Of a stretch of DNA of 64,000 bases, positions 1-12,068 are shown in pieces (the first letter of the stretch is position 1; every line of letters begins with the position of its first letter). Source of the DNA: Paraphysomonas bandaiensis (taxonomy: Eukaryota > Protista > Chrysophyceae); the NCBI GenBank assembly GCA_965644295.1, contig CBFFRP010000363.1, positions 62,001 through 126,000 on the forward strand, read 5' to 3'. The notes below the pieces were generated by a model. That model saw nothing but the letters and a program-made list of their open reading frames with translations. It had not been told where the DNA came from and ran no database searches. Position numbers and translations under genes: made by a program.

Positions 1-67
1 GATAGTGAGATATAAAAAGTGCATATACGCAGCGACTACAAATCAACGCCAGTAGGTGCAAGTTTAC

Positions 68-694
68 CTGTGTCTGTGCGGGAGAAGGGCATTCCGTAGG
101 ACTCCAACTCGAGTACAGCTCTTGGGGCTTCCCTGCACATGTAGTGGATAGAGTCTTGGTCACCTAGTACAATATATTAGATAAAAACTTACACAATCTA
201 AAAAATATATAATTACCAAGCCAATCAGATCCCTTGACTGTATCATACATATGCCATCTCCAGTCATCCTCTGTCATGTTACCCAAGGCGGCGTTGATGC
301 CTCCCTGTGCGGCTACAGTATGGGAACGAGTGGGGAAAAGCTTAGTGACACATGCTGTCTTAAAGCCAGCCTCAGCACTACCCATTGCAGCACGAAGACC
401 AGCACCCCCAGCACCCACCACCACAGTGTCGTAATCATGATCCACTGAACAAAACATGAACACTCTGAGGTCATATATATAACACACATACCGACTGTGT
501 ACTTTGATGTTAAATCATGAGCTAATTTTCCATCTGCATTTCCGGTCACTAAAGTCCTTTTAGCGGTATTTGACACAGCATTCCACTGTATGAACGACAT
601 ACATACACAGATAAGAGACATACACATACAGCAATATAAAACATACCGCTCCTATATTCGAACGACGAAAGCAAACTCTACCCAAGAAACTCAT
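68..694 (-). CDS. SDHA: Succinate dehydrogenase flavoprotein subunit, 5' part (gene runs off the window start)
   Basis: Exons about 694-647, 585-492, 444-217 and 163-68 with GT-AG introns. Encodes a transit-peptide-like N-terminus, the FAD-binding [13 protein letters not shown] and [18 protein letters not shown] (covalent FAD His), then [27 protein letters not shown]. Confidence 0.95.
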
Positions 695-1096
695 CCTTCC
701 AATTGACCAATGGGTCTATTTAATACGGAGTTAGGTAGCAATGGAGAAGATTTAGTTACTGTATAGACTCCAAATTATTCACCATAGAAGCAACACGTCA
801 GATGAGGTGTGTGGATTGTGGTATACAATACATACATACACACACATACATATACACTGCACCACACCATATAGAGATCTACGTATACTATCCTACCTGC
901 AACTTGACGATATCATTTTTCTGTACGTACAAAACAGATTTTCTAGGAGGATATCTTGAAAAGTCATTTTCACATTTCAGGTTTAGCTCAATGATTGGCT
1001 GCAGTTGAGTGGCAGGCGATAATAATTTATGGTTCATTGCATTGCAAAGTGCCTGCACAATACATTGCAGAATTTATATCTAGTCCACAGTACACA

Positions 1097-2113
1097 ATGT
1101 TTCGCGGTGGTGGAAGAGGTGGTAGAGGAGATGGTGGAAGAGGTAGAGGAGGCCGGGATGGTGGACGCGGCGGAAGAGGCGGAGGCCGTGGTGGTGGCCG
1201 AGGTGGTGGTCGCGGTGGAGGCCGTGGTGGTGGCCGAGGTGGAGGTCGCGGTGGCGGGTTAGTAAATATAATTTGCAATAATATGATACTCACTGTTTAT
1301 TTAGCCGTGGTGGTGGCATGAAGGGCGGTGCCAAGGTTGTCATTGAGGCCCACAGACACGAGGGTGTCTTCATCGCACGTTCTAAGGAGGATGCTCTCGT
1401 TACTTTGAACTCAACTCCTGGCAAAGATGTCTATGGAGAAAAGAGAATACAGGTTGATGGACCCCCTGGAGCTGATGGAGTCGTCACAAAGCTCGAGTAC
1501 AGAGTATGGAACCCTTTCCGCTCCAAGCTTGCTGCTGCCATTCTTGGTGGTGTTGATAACATCTATATGGGCCCTGGTAGGTTAATACCTTGTATGTGCT
1601 ATTCACGAAGTAGGTAATTTCTTTGTAACAGGTTCTAAAGTACTGTACATTGGTGCTGCTGCGGGAACAACTGTGTCTCACGTATCTGATATTGTTGGGC
1701 CAACCGGATCTGTGTACGCTGTCGAATTTGCCCACCGCCCTGGCCGTGATTTAATCAACATGTCCAAGTCCCGCACTAACGTTATTCCAATCATCGAAGA
1801 CGCTCGTCACCCTCTCAAATACCGCATGCTCATGGGCATGGTGGACACCATCTTTGCGGATGTCGCACAGCCCGATCAGGCCCGTATCGTCGGTCTCAAC
1901 GCCAACTATTTCCTAAAGAACGGTGGACACTTTGTCATCTCCATCAAGGCGTCTTGCATTGACTCCACTGCCCCTGCAGAGGAGGTGTTTGCAAGAGAGG
2001 TTCAGAAACTGCAGGCGGACCAGCTCAAGCCCATGGAACAGCTCACACTAGAGCCCTACGAGAGAGACCACGCTGTCGTCATCGGCACCTACAGACCCAC
2101 CAAGAAGAAGTAG
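1097..2113 (+). CDS. FBL: Fibrillarin (box C/D snoRNP rRNA 2'-O-methyltransferase)
   Basis: N-terminal RGG/GAR repeats; [56 protein letters not shown]. Introns 1258-1304 and 1577-1631 keep the frame. Confidence 0.97.
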
Positions 2114-3985
2114 ACGGCTAAAGCTACATTTACCAAACTTCTAGCTATCATGGCACCGATCTAATTGGCTATTGGCAAGCTAGGCTGTGTGTTGATGCTG
2201 AGGACTAAAGCAAACATCGTGCACTGTGTGAATAGAAGCAATAAACAAATTGTGCAAGTATAGTGGTAGGGACATTTTAGCGATCACATGTGGTTGGGAA
2301 AATACGCTCAGCAAAATGCAGCATGTAGCGTTAGTTTTTAATAAGAATAGAATGAGCACCAAAATAAAAGTAGCATTCTTTAAAATACAATGAACAATGA
2401 CTAAATTTGCCGCTAGAATAAATAAAGTTCCATATGAGCTTAGCTGTGTGAAAGCAATTAAAAGCTGTATTTCGCTTAATTATAACCGTTGGTTGAAGAA
2501 TACAGTGGTAATAAGCAGTATTATATGAGATGATAGGAAATACTGAAACTAAAATACTTTGATCGTGTCTATTTACAATCAAATAATAATAATTGATGGG
2601 TTGTTGTTAGTTGTAGCGTATATTAATTAATGATGAGACGAGTTGATAATTTTATTAATTGATTTCTTTGTAAATATCACGTTCAGTTTATTTATTATCG
2701 CTAGGTTTATGTTTACCTTATCCTCATAAAATACATAAAGAATATAATTATAGCTTTCTTTCTGTAAGAGGAAATAGGTGCTTTCTGTTAACATTAAGGA
2801 AACAAACAAATCAATGGTATCTACCGAAGGGAATGGCAATTGTTCCAGATTAACTCAAAGCAATAAATTAACTCTAGCTCTGCCACAAAGGGAACTGAGG
2901 GACAAGCAACTGCGAGGAATTTAAGTTCCTACATAAGTGTGATGACGAATGTGAAAATATGTAATTTCACGACACCCCTTCATGCAAAGCTAACGGTATC
3001 TTCACAATAATGTACAACACGCTTAACCTCTGTTAGTTCAACTGACTCAAATGCTGTGTGTAATGATATAACTCCCACAATCCAGAAAGCGCTGAGAGTC
3101 ACTGCTCCAATTCACCCGCAGAGGTGGCAAATGAACTGTCCCGTAATATTCATATATTATTGATACAAAATTCAGGTTTTGAAGATAGATCGCTTCCACT
3201 GACATCATTATGGTATTCTGCTTAAGACGAAGTGTGAAGCACAACTTGGAGTATTAGAAATCTGATTTTGAAAGCTGCTCATTGTGGTTTCTCTACAATT
3301 GTGTAATATAATGACATCACATTCAAATGACTGCGCATAGTTCATCACATATGAATAAGGCTTAACCGATTATCCTCCCTTTAACTGTTGAGTATAGGTC
3401 TATATATATGAACTGTACAGGGCGATGTACAGCTCCTGCATGTAACGCTCTATGCAGTTCTATGGTCCAAGACTAAAAGCCATTTTGTTTGACTGGGACA
3501 GTGGTAGATTGGCACAGAGTTGTGACGCCACATCTCTAGATATACTCAGACATGCATCAATGATCCGATGCTTCCATATGCACATACGCCCTGAAGATAT
3601 ATGCAAGATTCGTCTGGATACATGCATACAACTGCTGTATATCCATGTATACAGACTGGAATACCATAGAATACAGCTTATTTCGGCCGTCTATACTACT
3701 GTAGTGCTTTATATACAGCCGTGGTCATCGGTCCCATACACTGTATATACCTACACATACATAGAGAATACTACGTAGGAATTCCTACACACATAGCTAA
3801 AGTATACAATGTATCGTACGTAGTATGGGCGGTATGGTTGAGTTCTGTATGATATGATACATATGCCAGTGAGGTGGTCATACCATATCAACATACTTTC
3901 ATTTGATCGTTAGGTATGATATCCTCTATTGACCTCTAGAGTAAACTCTTCATATGAGAGTATATCATCTGGTGTAACTGTAGCG

Positions 3986-5198
3986 ATGAATAGAGATAAT
4001 GAGAGTGGAGAGCCTGTCTGTCGATTCTGTTTTGAGACTGAAGACTCTGATAATGCTTTAGTTTCACCATGCATGTGTTCGGGGACACAGGCGTTTGTTC
4101 ATATCCGCTGCTTGCGACGATGGCAGACAGCTGTGCTCTATAGCTCTGCAGCAAGCGCTCGTTCTGCCAGTACAGAAACACGTCATTTACGGTGTTCTAC
4201 CTGTGACTCGGAGTTCGTTGGTGTGGATCCGCCCACGAGAGCAGGGTTACTAGAAAATCTATGTGGGGAACAAATCACTTCACTTCTACGAAGAGGTTCA
4301 TTCCTTGTCGCATCGAGAGTATCATCAGAGCGCACTATACCTCCTAATATACCAAGAATTATTTCAGCATTGTTTGAGCTTAAGCGTGCTCACTGGAAGC
4401 ACAGTGCGTACTTTATATTAGAATATAGAGAGGTTGAAGCTGACGGTTCTGGAGATGAAATAATTCGGGCAGTGAACCTCACGCGTCCACAGTCAGGGAG
4501 TGTGCAGGAACCCATACCAGGTCAAATTCTCTCATCATTTTGCCCAACTATTTACTGATTCGTTGTTGTATTTGTGTGCAGATGAAGTGTTGTTCGAAAT
4601 GCAATGTGAGGAGCAACAACCTCCTGACTCTCGAGTCACGATTAATCATTACAACGGCGGCCCTGTAAAATGGGCTTCGTACAGATCAGCGATGTGTTGT
4701 ATTGAAGCTACTGAAGAAGAAGTAACTGTCGTTGTGGATACGATAATTGCTGAGCGGTCTGATTCTTCTGTGGCTAGACCAGCACTCTTTTCCGGATCTC
4801 CATCTTATACCCTAGTGACTGGAGCTTTTTCTATTGTTCTCGATGTGTGCCGTCACTACCGCTGCTCCTCGAGTAGTTCAGATGCTGCCAAAACGTTATA
4901 TTCATTCTCTGGATATGCAGAGTGGAGGCGTGCCCAGCTTCTTGGCGAGATAGCAAGAGGTTCCTGGGGTCTTGTGCCGCATAACACCGCGTTATGGACG
5001 TGCGCTACAGTTCTCGGGTACCAACCGCGTAACGACACTCCTGATTTAGTGCCTCCAGATTTAAATAGTGCCGAGAATCTATGGCCCAGTCTGATAAGAA
5101 TATCTGTGGAGTCTAGCAGCAATCCTCTACGAGATGAGTACGAGCGCTCGGCGGCTGTAAACAACGCCAATAACAGTGCTTCTGCTGCACGAATGTGA
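3986..5198 (+). CDS. RING-CH (RINGv) zinc finger fused to a DUF179/AlgH-like domain
   Basis: CRFC...LVSPCMCSGTQAFVHIRCLRRW...CSTC is a C4HC3 RING-CH. C-terminal FLVAS, AVNLTRP, HYNGGPV and FSGYAEWRRAQLLGEIARGSWG match the AlgH/YqgE pattern. Intron 4521-4581. Start codon uncertain. Confidence 0.8.
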
Positions 5199-6621
5199 TG
5201 TCTTCAAAGTGGTGGATTTGTAAAGTATGTTAATATATGTCGTAGTGTATGTGTGGAGTGACTTCGTTAAATTTTGATTTAAGGTTGTTTATGTTGATAA
5301 TAATAACTTCATTAGAATGACGTTAGAATTTGTAGTAATACCTAGAATTTGTAGTAAAATTATTTACCTTATTCAACGTACTACTAAAAGGGATCAAACC
5401 AGTAGTGGATAAAATTATTGAATATATTTAATTTAACTTCACTGTCCCAACAACAAATTTAAGGCAGGCATATAAAAGCATTGCACAAGTAAAAATGATG
5501 TAGACCTTTACCAAAAAAGCACACACGTATGTTATATATATATGAGTCGAATGAGTCGTGGGCTCTTGTCAGAATGCGTAGTGCAATGGTCACAGAGTAA
5601 ACTCCTGCCTACAGTATATGGTGTATGCACAGTTTACTTATTGTTTCACTTCACGCAAGGATTAGAATATCCGGAAAAGTTTGATTCGCACTGAGTTAGC
5701 ATCTTTCTAGAAAAAGTTTAATTCACACTGTAGAATGTGTAGAATTATTGTGGGTCAATTGCTCTTCGAACACCTGAGTGCAATCAAGGGGAATAGTGAT
5801 ACTCTATCAGCTCCCGTACGAAGATGGACACCGACCACGGTGCTTTCCATATGAATAAAGAATAAAACAGGGCAGCGATGTACTTTGTACCCTACTGCCC
5901 CACCCGTGTTCACCTTCACAAAGATTAGGAGAGATTTCTCATTACTCTGCTTGACTTATGTATATAAGATTGTGTTCGCCTTCCCATTCCTTGATAAAGA
6001 TTACGCGGAGCTTCTCGTGACCATGACTCAGTTTAGAGCTCGCATGGCATTGGATTCCCCAACTCCCCTAGAATGCACCGGGTTTTTGTAATTAGGTATG
6101 GACTATGCGAGTATTATGTAGATCTAGCTGGAGTTTGCTTGACGCCATACATCTAGATTTCAATCAAACTAGCACTTTACTAGTGAACGCTCTCCGAAAG
6201 GAACACAACCTCCAAGTGTTCATGATTGCATTGCATGCATAATGCATGCGTTGGATTGACATACGCTCTCCAACTACAGTGTAGTCAGACTATAATACAG
6301 CATTTATTCCAGAAGGATTTCCAGATGGCTGAGCATCTTTTCATAGGATATGAACACACATATCCACCCACTGTAGTCCTGTGTATAGTAGAGATGTGCT
6401 GCAGGGCGGTGCCATATGCAGGGAGATCCCTATGGAGGTATCTGTATTTCCATATGAAGTGTGAAGTGTATGTAGAAGAAAGTGTTTCCAGAGAGAACTC
6501 TACACACATTCCTATACATTACCATACTACTCTATCACCACACCATCTGCACATACACCATAACATAGTCACTGTATCTCCCCCACAGATATATCTGATA
6601 TCCTTACATTGAGATTGATCC

Positions 6622-8883
6622 ATGATGCTCTCTGGTTGTGACTGTAACTCTCTATCAGGCGCACATGTGTTCGGTGGAGTCGTTACGGGTTATATACTAA
6701 TCAGATCATGTATTCGTCGTATCAGAGAACCAAACATACCCACAGAGAACGATAAGGCCCTACGAGCGAGTATACGACAGAAGTATTCATCTAAAAGAGT
6801 CCCGGAAGATGTGGATACAGTGATTATAGGGTCCGGTATGGGGGGACTCTCATGTGCGGCTATTCTAGCTAGACTAGGCAAGAAAGTTCTAGTTCTAGAA
6901 CAACACAATGATGTTGCTGGAGGTGGGACACATCAGTTTGACCTTAATGGATTTCGATTTGACTCTGGGTTGCACTATACTGTCCCGTGGAGTGTTCCTA
7001 TATTTGCTCTAACATGTGGGAAAAAGGAGTCCGATGTATGCCCATTTGAGTTAATGGGAGACTCTAATTCAACTGTGGACAAAATTCATTTACACAATAT
7101 TCAGAATAGTTCCAATAATTTCCGTGTACCTTCGTTCGATATGCAGCTACATGAGGCTCACATGAAGCGTTTGTACAACGAATTCCCACACGATCGAAAG
7201 GCACTGGACGAATTCATGCGCATGTCGAATAGGGCAATGGACTTCGTCAAGGTTTTCCTTGGTATGCGACTGCTGCCGAAGTGGCTGCAACGAATTATGT
7301 GGAACCTAGTTCCGAGAAGTATGATGGATGTAGTATCGCAGACTGCAGAAGAAATTTTACCTCGACTAACTAGTAACAAAAAACTTATTTCCTTGCTGAG
7401 CAGCATGTGGATTGATACAGGTACATTCAGTGCTATTTGAACCAAGATGTGTGTTATGGGTAGTGCTCACTGTGAATTAATGATGGATGCACACATACTG
7501 TCTAGATATGTATTGATTGTTCTTCAGGAGCTCGTCCGGACAAAGCATCCTTCATGATGACTGCCGCAGTCTTCCGTGGTGTTTCCATGGAAGGAGGTTG
7601 TTACCCTTCTAAAGGTGCCGAAAGTATGGCAATAGAGCTCGCGCAAACTATACGTGCGCATGGTGGAACCATCCTTGTGCGAGCCAGTGTTGACGAAATC
7701 CTGACAGAAAGTGGACACGTATGTGGCGTGAGAGTTCGTCGTGCTGCCCCTAATGCCCACCCGACTAATACGTCACGCACTAGTAATGTCACGCGCCATG
7801 AAGACGTGATGGTTGTACGATGCCGACGTGTGGTTTCAGCATGCGGCTACTCCAACACATTCAACAGACTTCTGCCTGGGCACATTACCAAGAAGCACGA
7901 CATTCCTAGGACTCTCCCTGTTAAGCAATCGGCTGGCTTTGTTATGGCCAATATCGGTATAATGTTTTCCTTTTAGTGTTAAATATTAAAGTCATCATAT
8001 GCCAGGTATCAACGGAAGTCCTGAGGAATTGGATATATTTAACACCAATACATGGCATATTCCTACGGATGCATCAGACGATGCTTTTGTCCCAATGAGA
8101 GCTTACTTTGAGAGCCCCCTTGGAGACGAAAATACAGGTACGATTGACTGTTGTGTTACTGTGTATGTGTCTTTCTTTGATGAAGTTTGTTTTTAACAGG
8201 ATATCTTGGTATCCCTACCTTCATTACCTTTCCCTCAGTGAAGGACAAGGAATGGTCATCTTCTCATCCAGGTAGGGTGAGTTGCCAGATGCTGATGATG
8301 GCAGACTACTCCTGGTTTGAACGTTTTGCACACGATATGAAGAGCAACAGAGATCATGCTGTTCAAGAATACGAGAACATAAAGCGCGCGTGGGCGCGCA
8401 GAGCAGAGCAGATGCTTTTCCATTACTTCCCCAAGGTATGAGGGAACGATCATAATTGATGTTTATCATTTCAATTTTAGGCACAAGGACACGTGAGTAT
8501 GGTTGATATCAGTACTCCTCTTGCTATTGAAAATTACCTCTTTGCGGACCAGGGTATGCTTATTTGATTTCTAGATAGTACTCGTTTGATACTAATTTCA
8601 CAGGAGCTGCTGTTGGCATCGACGTTACTCCAGAGCGGTTCGTGGACCCTGTTGTTAGAGACCACCTGGATTGCGTAACGAAAATCCCCGGATTGTTTTT
8701 GACTGGTCAGGACACAGTCCTTTGTGGAGTCACCTTATGCCAGGTGAGAATATGTTTGAATGTGCCGTGGTAAATTCCATTGACTTTTTTGGTGTCTAGT
8801 TGTCTGGAGTCATAACAGCTCTTCGAATGGAGGGATTCTGTGCTGGAGTGAAAATACTTCTGAGTGCTATCCTTGCTGGATAG
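6622..8883 (+). CDS. All-trans-retinol 13,14-reductase (RetSat)/phytoene dehydrogenase-like FAD oxidoreductase
   Basis: N-terminal hydrophobic anchor; VIIGSGMGGLSCAAILARLGKKVLVLEQHNDVAGGGTH, FDSGLHY, GGCYPSKG, FITFPSVKD, STPL, IPGLFLTGQD. About 7 exons, stop TAG at 8881-8883. Confidence 0.85.
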
Positions 8884-9155
8884 TTGAATCGCTAATGATA
8901 AGATTAGGAAATTGTGTTGTAGCGTATGCTACGATTTATCGCAGGGTGATAGCTGTGTTTTTCTATTAGTCTTAGTCTACAAGTTTAATATTGGGTAATG
9001 GTATTGGCATCACAAATGTCATTTTAATATATTGTTTCAACTATGAATCCCTTTTGGTTATTAAGCTCTATTTTCATTCCTATAGTGAATATTTTTGTAG
9101 AACTTGGTTTTAGCTCACACGAAGAATTCCATGGGAACTTTGAACTTTATGTGTG

Positions 9156-9670
9156 TGAAAAGTCTTGTTATTAGCAGTAGGCTTGAAGAATCAGCACCAG
9201 TTTAGTAGCTAGAAGAAGACTAGTAGTCAAGCTAGTTCGACCTCTATCAGTAACTAACTAGCACAAATTCTCATATCCTACTATTTAACGCTACGGAAGC
9301 TGCTTGTGCGTCGCCGCAAGCACCAAGGTAAAACCACTTCCGTTTTTGTGTGTAAGGGAGAAGCTCTCTGACGCCCCTTAGGCATTAGGATAGGTATCCT
9401 CAGGACTTTGTGAAGGGAGGATTCTGTAGCAGTGAGTTAAGTGTTCTTAACCTGAGGACGAGGGGGTATGTTGGGGCTCCTGCGCCCTTCGTGTCTTTAA
9501 ATGGCTTTAGCTGGAGCAGAGGAGTAGCTGACGAAGTCGGCATCGTTGCGTCTCTGCTAAGGCGGGGGTGGTGGAAGAGGAAGGCAACCGAAGGGGTGCG
9601 TTAGGTCCCCGCTTTACGCGTAGTAAGCGTAGAACCCGCTGGGTGTTTAGACTCCCCTGATCACGTCACA
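9156..9670. mobile_element. Dispersed LTR-like repeat, copy 1 (longest)
   Basis: Starts TGAAAAGTCTTGTTATTAGCAGTAGG. Shares a core with 21186, 35027 and 63116-63236 (reverse), including CCTACTATTTAACGCTACGGAAGCTGCTTGTGCGT. Right boundary uncertain; no target-site duplication seen. Confidence 0.6.
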
Positions 9671-10033
9671 AAACTACTGTATACGTGTCCACTGAAATTT
9701 TATATACGCGTTTCACTACGATGAACGAATGGAAGAAGTAATATGGTACAAAAGATCAAAAGATATACCTGGACTGCTTCTAGTTGAAGTGCATACAAAA
9801 TCAAGAGTACTATGATGACAACGAAGAAAACTGGAGCACTCCTTCTCACTTTTCACGGAAAAGCAGATATCTCGTGTGGACTGCTATGATACTAACAACG
9901 ACTTAGGAATAGTTACTGGGAAAGGAGATAAAATTTTCCATTTGTAATAAGGTTTCATATTAAGGTTATCTCAAGTTTACTAAACCGTACTGTACACTCT
10001 ACTAGATATAACTGTACAGCGCAAATACGGATA

Positions 10034-11360
10034 CTAATTTTTAAAAACAGAGGTACCATCGTGTCTATTTCTAGTTGTCTCTTGAGTTCCATTGGTATCT
10101 AGCGGGCTTTTTCCACCTTTTTTTGGTGTTTTAGGTGTCCGTTTCCCTTTTTTCCCATCGTCTGCTATCTGTGCTTCCAGCTCCACTAGATCTTCCCCAC
10201 TAGGAAGCTTGAGGTGCAAAGGGATAGAGGGGGCAACTGAAGTAGAGGGGTAGATAGAGTACGCAAAAGCCGCGCTGACGACTGTTGTTGCACCCAACAC
10301 AAATAGAATGTTAATGTCTGATGCTTCAAGAAATAGAGATGACACGACGCAGGATATCACTACCGAGAAAGAGGTCGCGAACCCCTTCAAAACGTTGTCG
10401 GCGTACATTACTACACTGGCGACCACCTACCGACATATATAATTTGTATGTCCAGTGATGATGATAGGTGAAAGCAAGATTCATGAGTACCGTACATAAT
10501 ATATCGAGAAGTACAATGTGAACGTGGAAAAACGTACCAGTCCTCCCCCTGCCTGGAGCAAGATAACAAGCCACACAATAGCATTGTATCCTCTAAAGAA
10601 ACCCTCCGTAGATATAGCCTCCAGGTCCTGGGTTACACACACAGCCTACGTATATTTATGAATGTCCACGCTAATAAAATTGGGATCATACCGCAGCAAG
10701 AATAAATCCTATCATAGAGAGATGCATATTTCGCATCCATAGTGGTAGCTTTCCGGACTTAAGAACCTTCTCAAAGTATACTCCGGAGAATCCTGAGGTC
10801 ACACAAGAAAATAGTACACATATAATTCCAAACAAACTATCGCTATCTGGGCCCGACCCATCCTGATGTTGGCTATACTGCACGAGAGCTACACCTAAAG
10901 TCAAGGCTAAGATGCTCACCCACTGTGGTCCCGAGAGCTTGCGAGATAGCATCGTGACTGAAAATATTGCCGTTGTTACAATCTTAAGCTGTGATAGAAC
11001 TTGAAATATCGACACGGGCAGGTTAGATGCCGCTAGATACTGAAGGTTATTCTGCACAACATAAAGACCCGATGGAACGCATAGCTTCAGCAATTCGATG
11101 CGATTATCATAAAAATCATCCCGATACAAACGTTTGATTTCATCCCAACTACACAGCGATGATACATGAGGGCCGTATATAACCATAGCCGATACAAGGA
11201 ATTTAATCATCTCACTGAGAAGGACAGCAGTGGATATGATGTAACGGGAGGTTTGATCTCCTGCTATTCTTGAATATCGCATTATTAAAATAAGACTGCA
11301 GTTCTGAACTACCAGCACAGCTAGTACCATCATACGAGTCTTAGAGTCTTTGGAGTTCAT
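10034..11360 (-). CDS. Nucleotide-sugar transporter, SLC35A family (UDP-galactose/CMP-sialic acid transporter-like)
   Basis: LVVQNCSLILIMRYS, STAVLLSEMIK, VPSGLYVVQNNLQY, QLKIVTTAIFS, SGFSGVYFEKVLK, LWMRN, YADNVLKGFATS. Three exons. Confidence 0.92.
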
Positions 11361-11641
11361 TGGGATATGATGGGGTTGTTGTTTCACACGGGAGGATGAT
11401 TAGAGAGTATATGAATTATTGCATTACTTCTATGGTGATAGATATGTACAAGTGTGTATATATGTGTGTAGGTATGATAGGGCTTATAAGTGATATAGAG
11501 GGGTAGAGGGAGGGGTCATAGATACATGGAAGGCGTAGTACATACCACTATTATCACTTCACCTCACTTCATTGAAAGTTATTCTTTATAAACCCCACGT
11601 GATACATGCAACATACCTACCGACTCTGCATATATACACAG

Positions 11642-11793
11642 TACATACATACATACATACATACATACATACATACATACATACATACATACATACATAC
11701 ATACATACATACATACATACATACATACATACATACATACATACATACATACATACATACATACATACATACATACATACATACATACATACA
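11642..11793. repeat. (TACA)38 microsatellite in the divergent SLC35A/PI3K intergenic region
   Basis: Perfect 4-bp tandem repeat read directly from the sequence. Confidence 0.98.
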
Positions 11794-12068
11794 TAATACA
11801 CAAGTACAATCATACTTATATAATCACGTACATACGTACTTATATACATGATGTCGATGTATATCGTAGTACACATACATATCATCCTCATTGCATACAT
11901 ACAGTAGCATATTGTAGTTTCAGTAGAGTATGCGGAGTCGATGCACACACTATGGATCATACTGTAACACTCATAACACTACTAATCAATAAACATCACT
12001 GCATTTTCCCTGCACTGCTGATATATGTCACCCAATAGGCATTAAATTCCTTTGTCAGTGAATTAACC

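Noticed and set aside
1027-1293. Pro/Arg-rich minus-strand ORF
   Set aside because: Antisense shadow of the fibrillarin RGG repeats.
11572-11960. ORFs of YIHT/MYVC repeats
   Set aside because: Translations of the (TACA)n microsatellite, not proteins.
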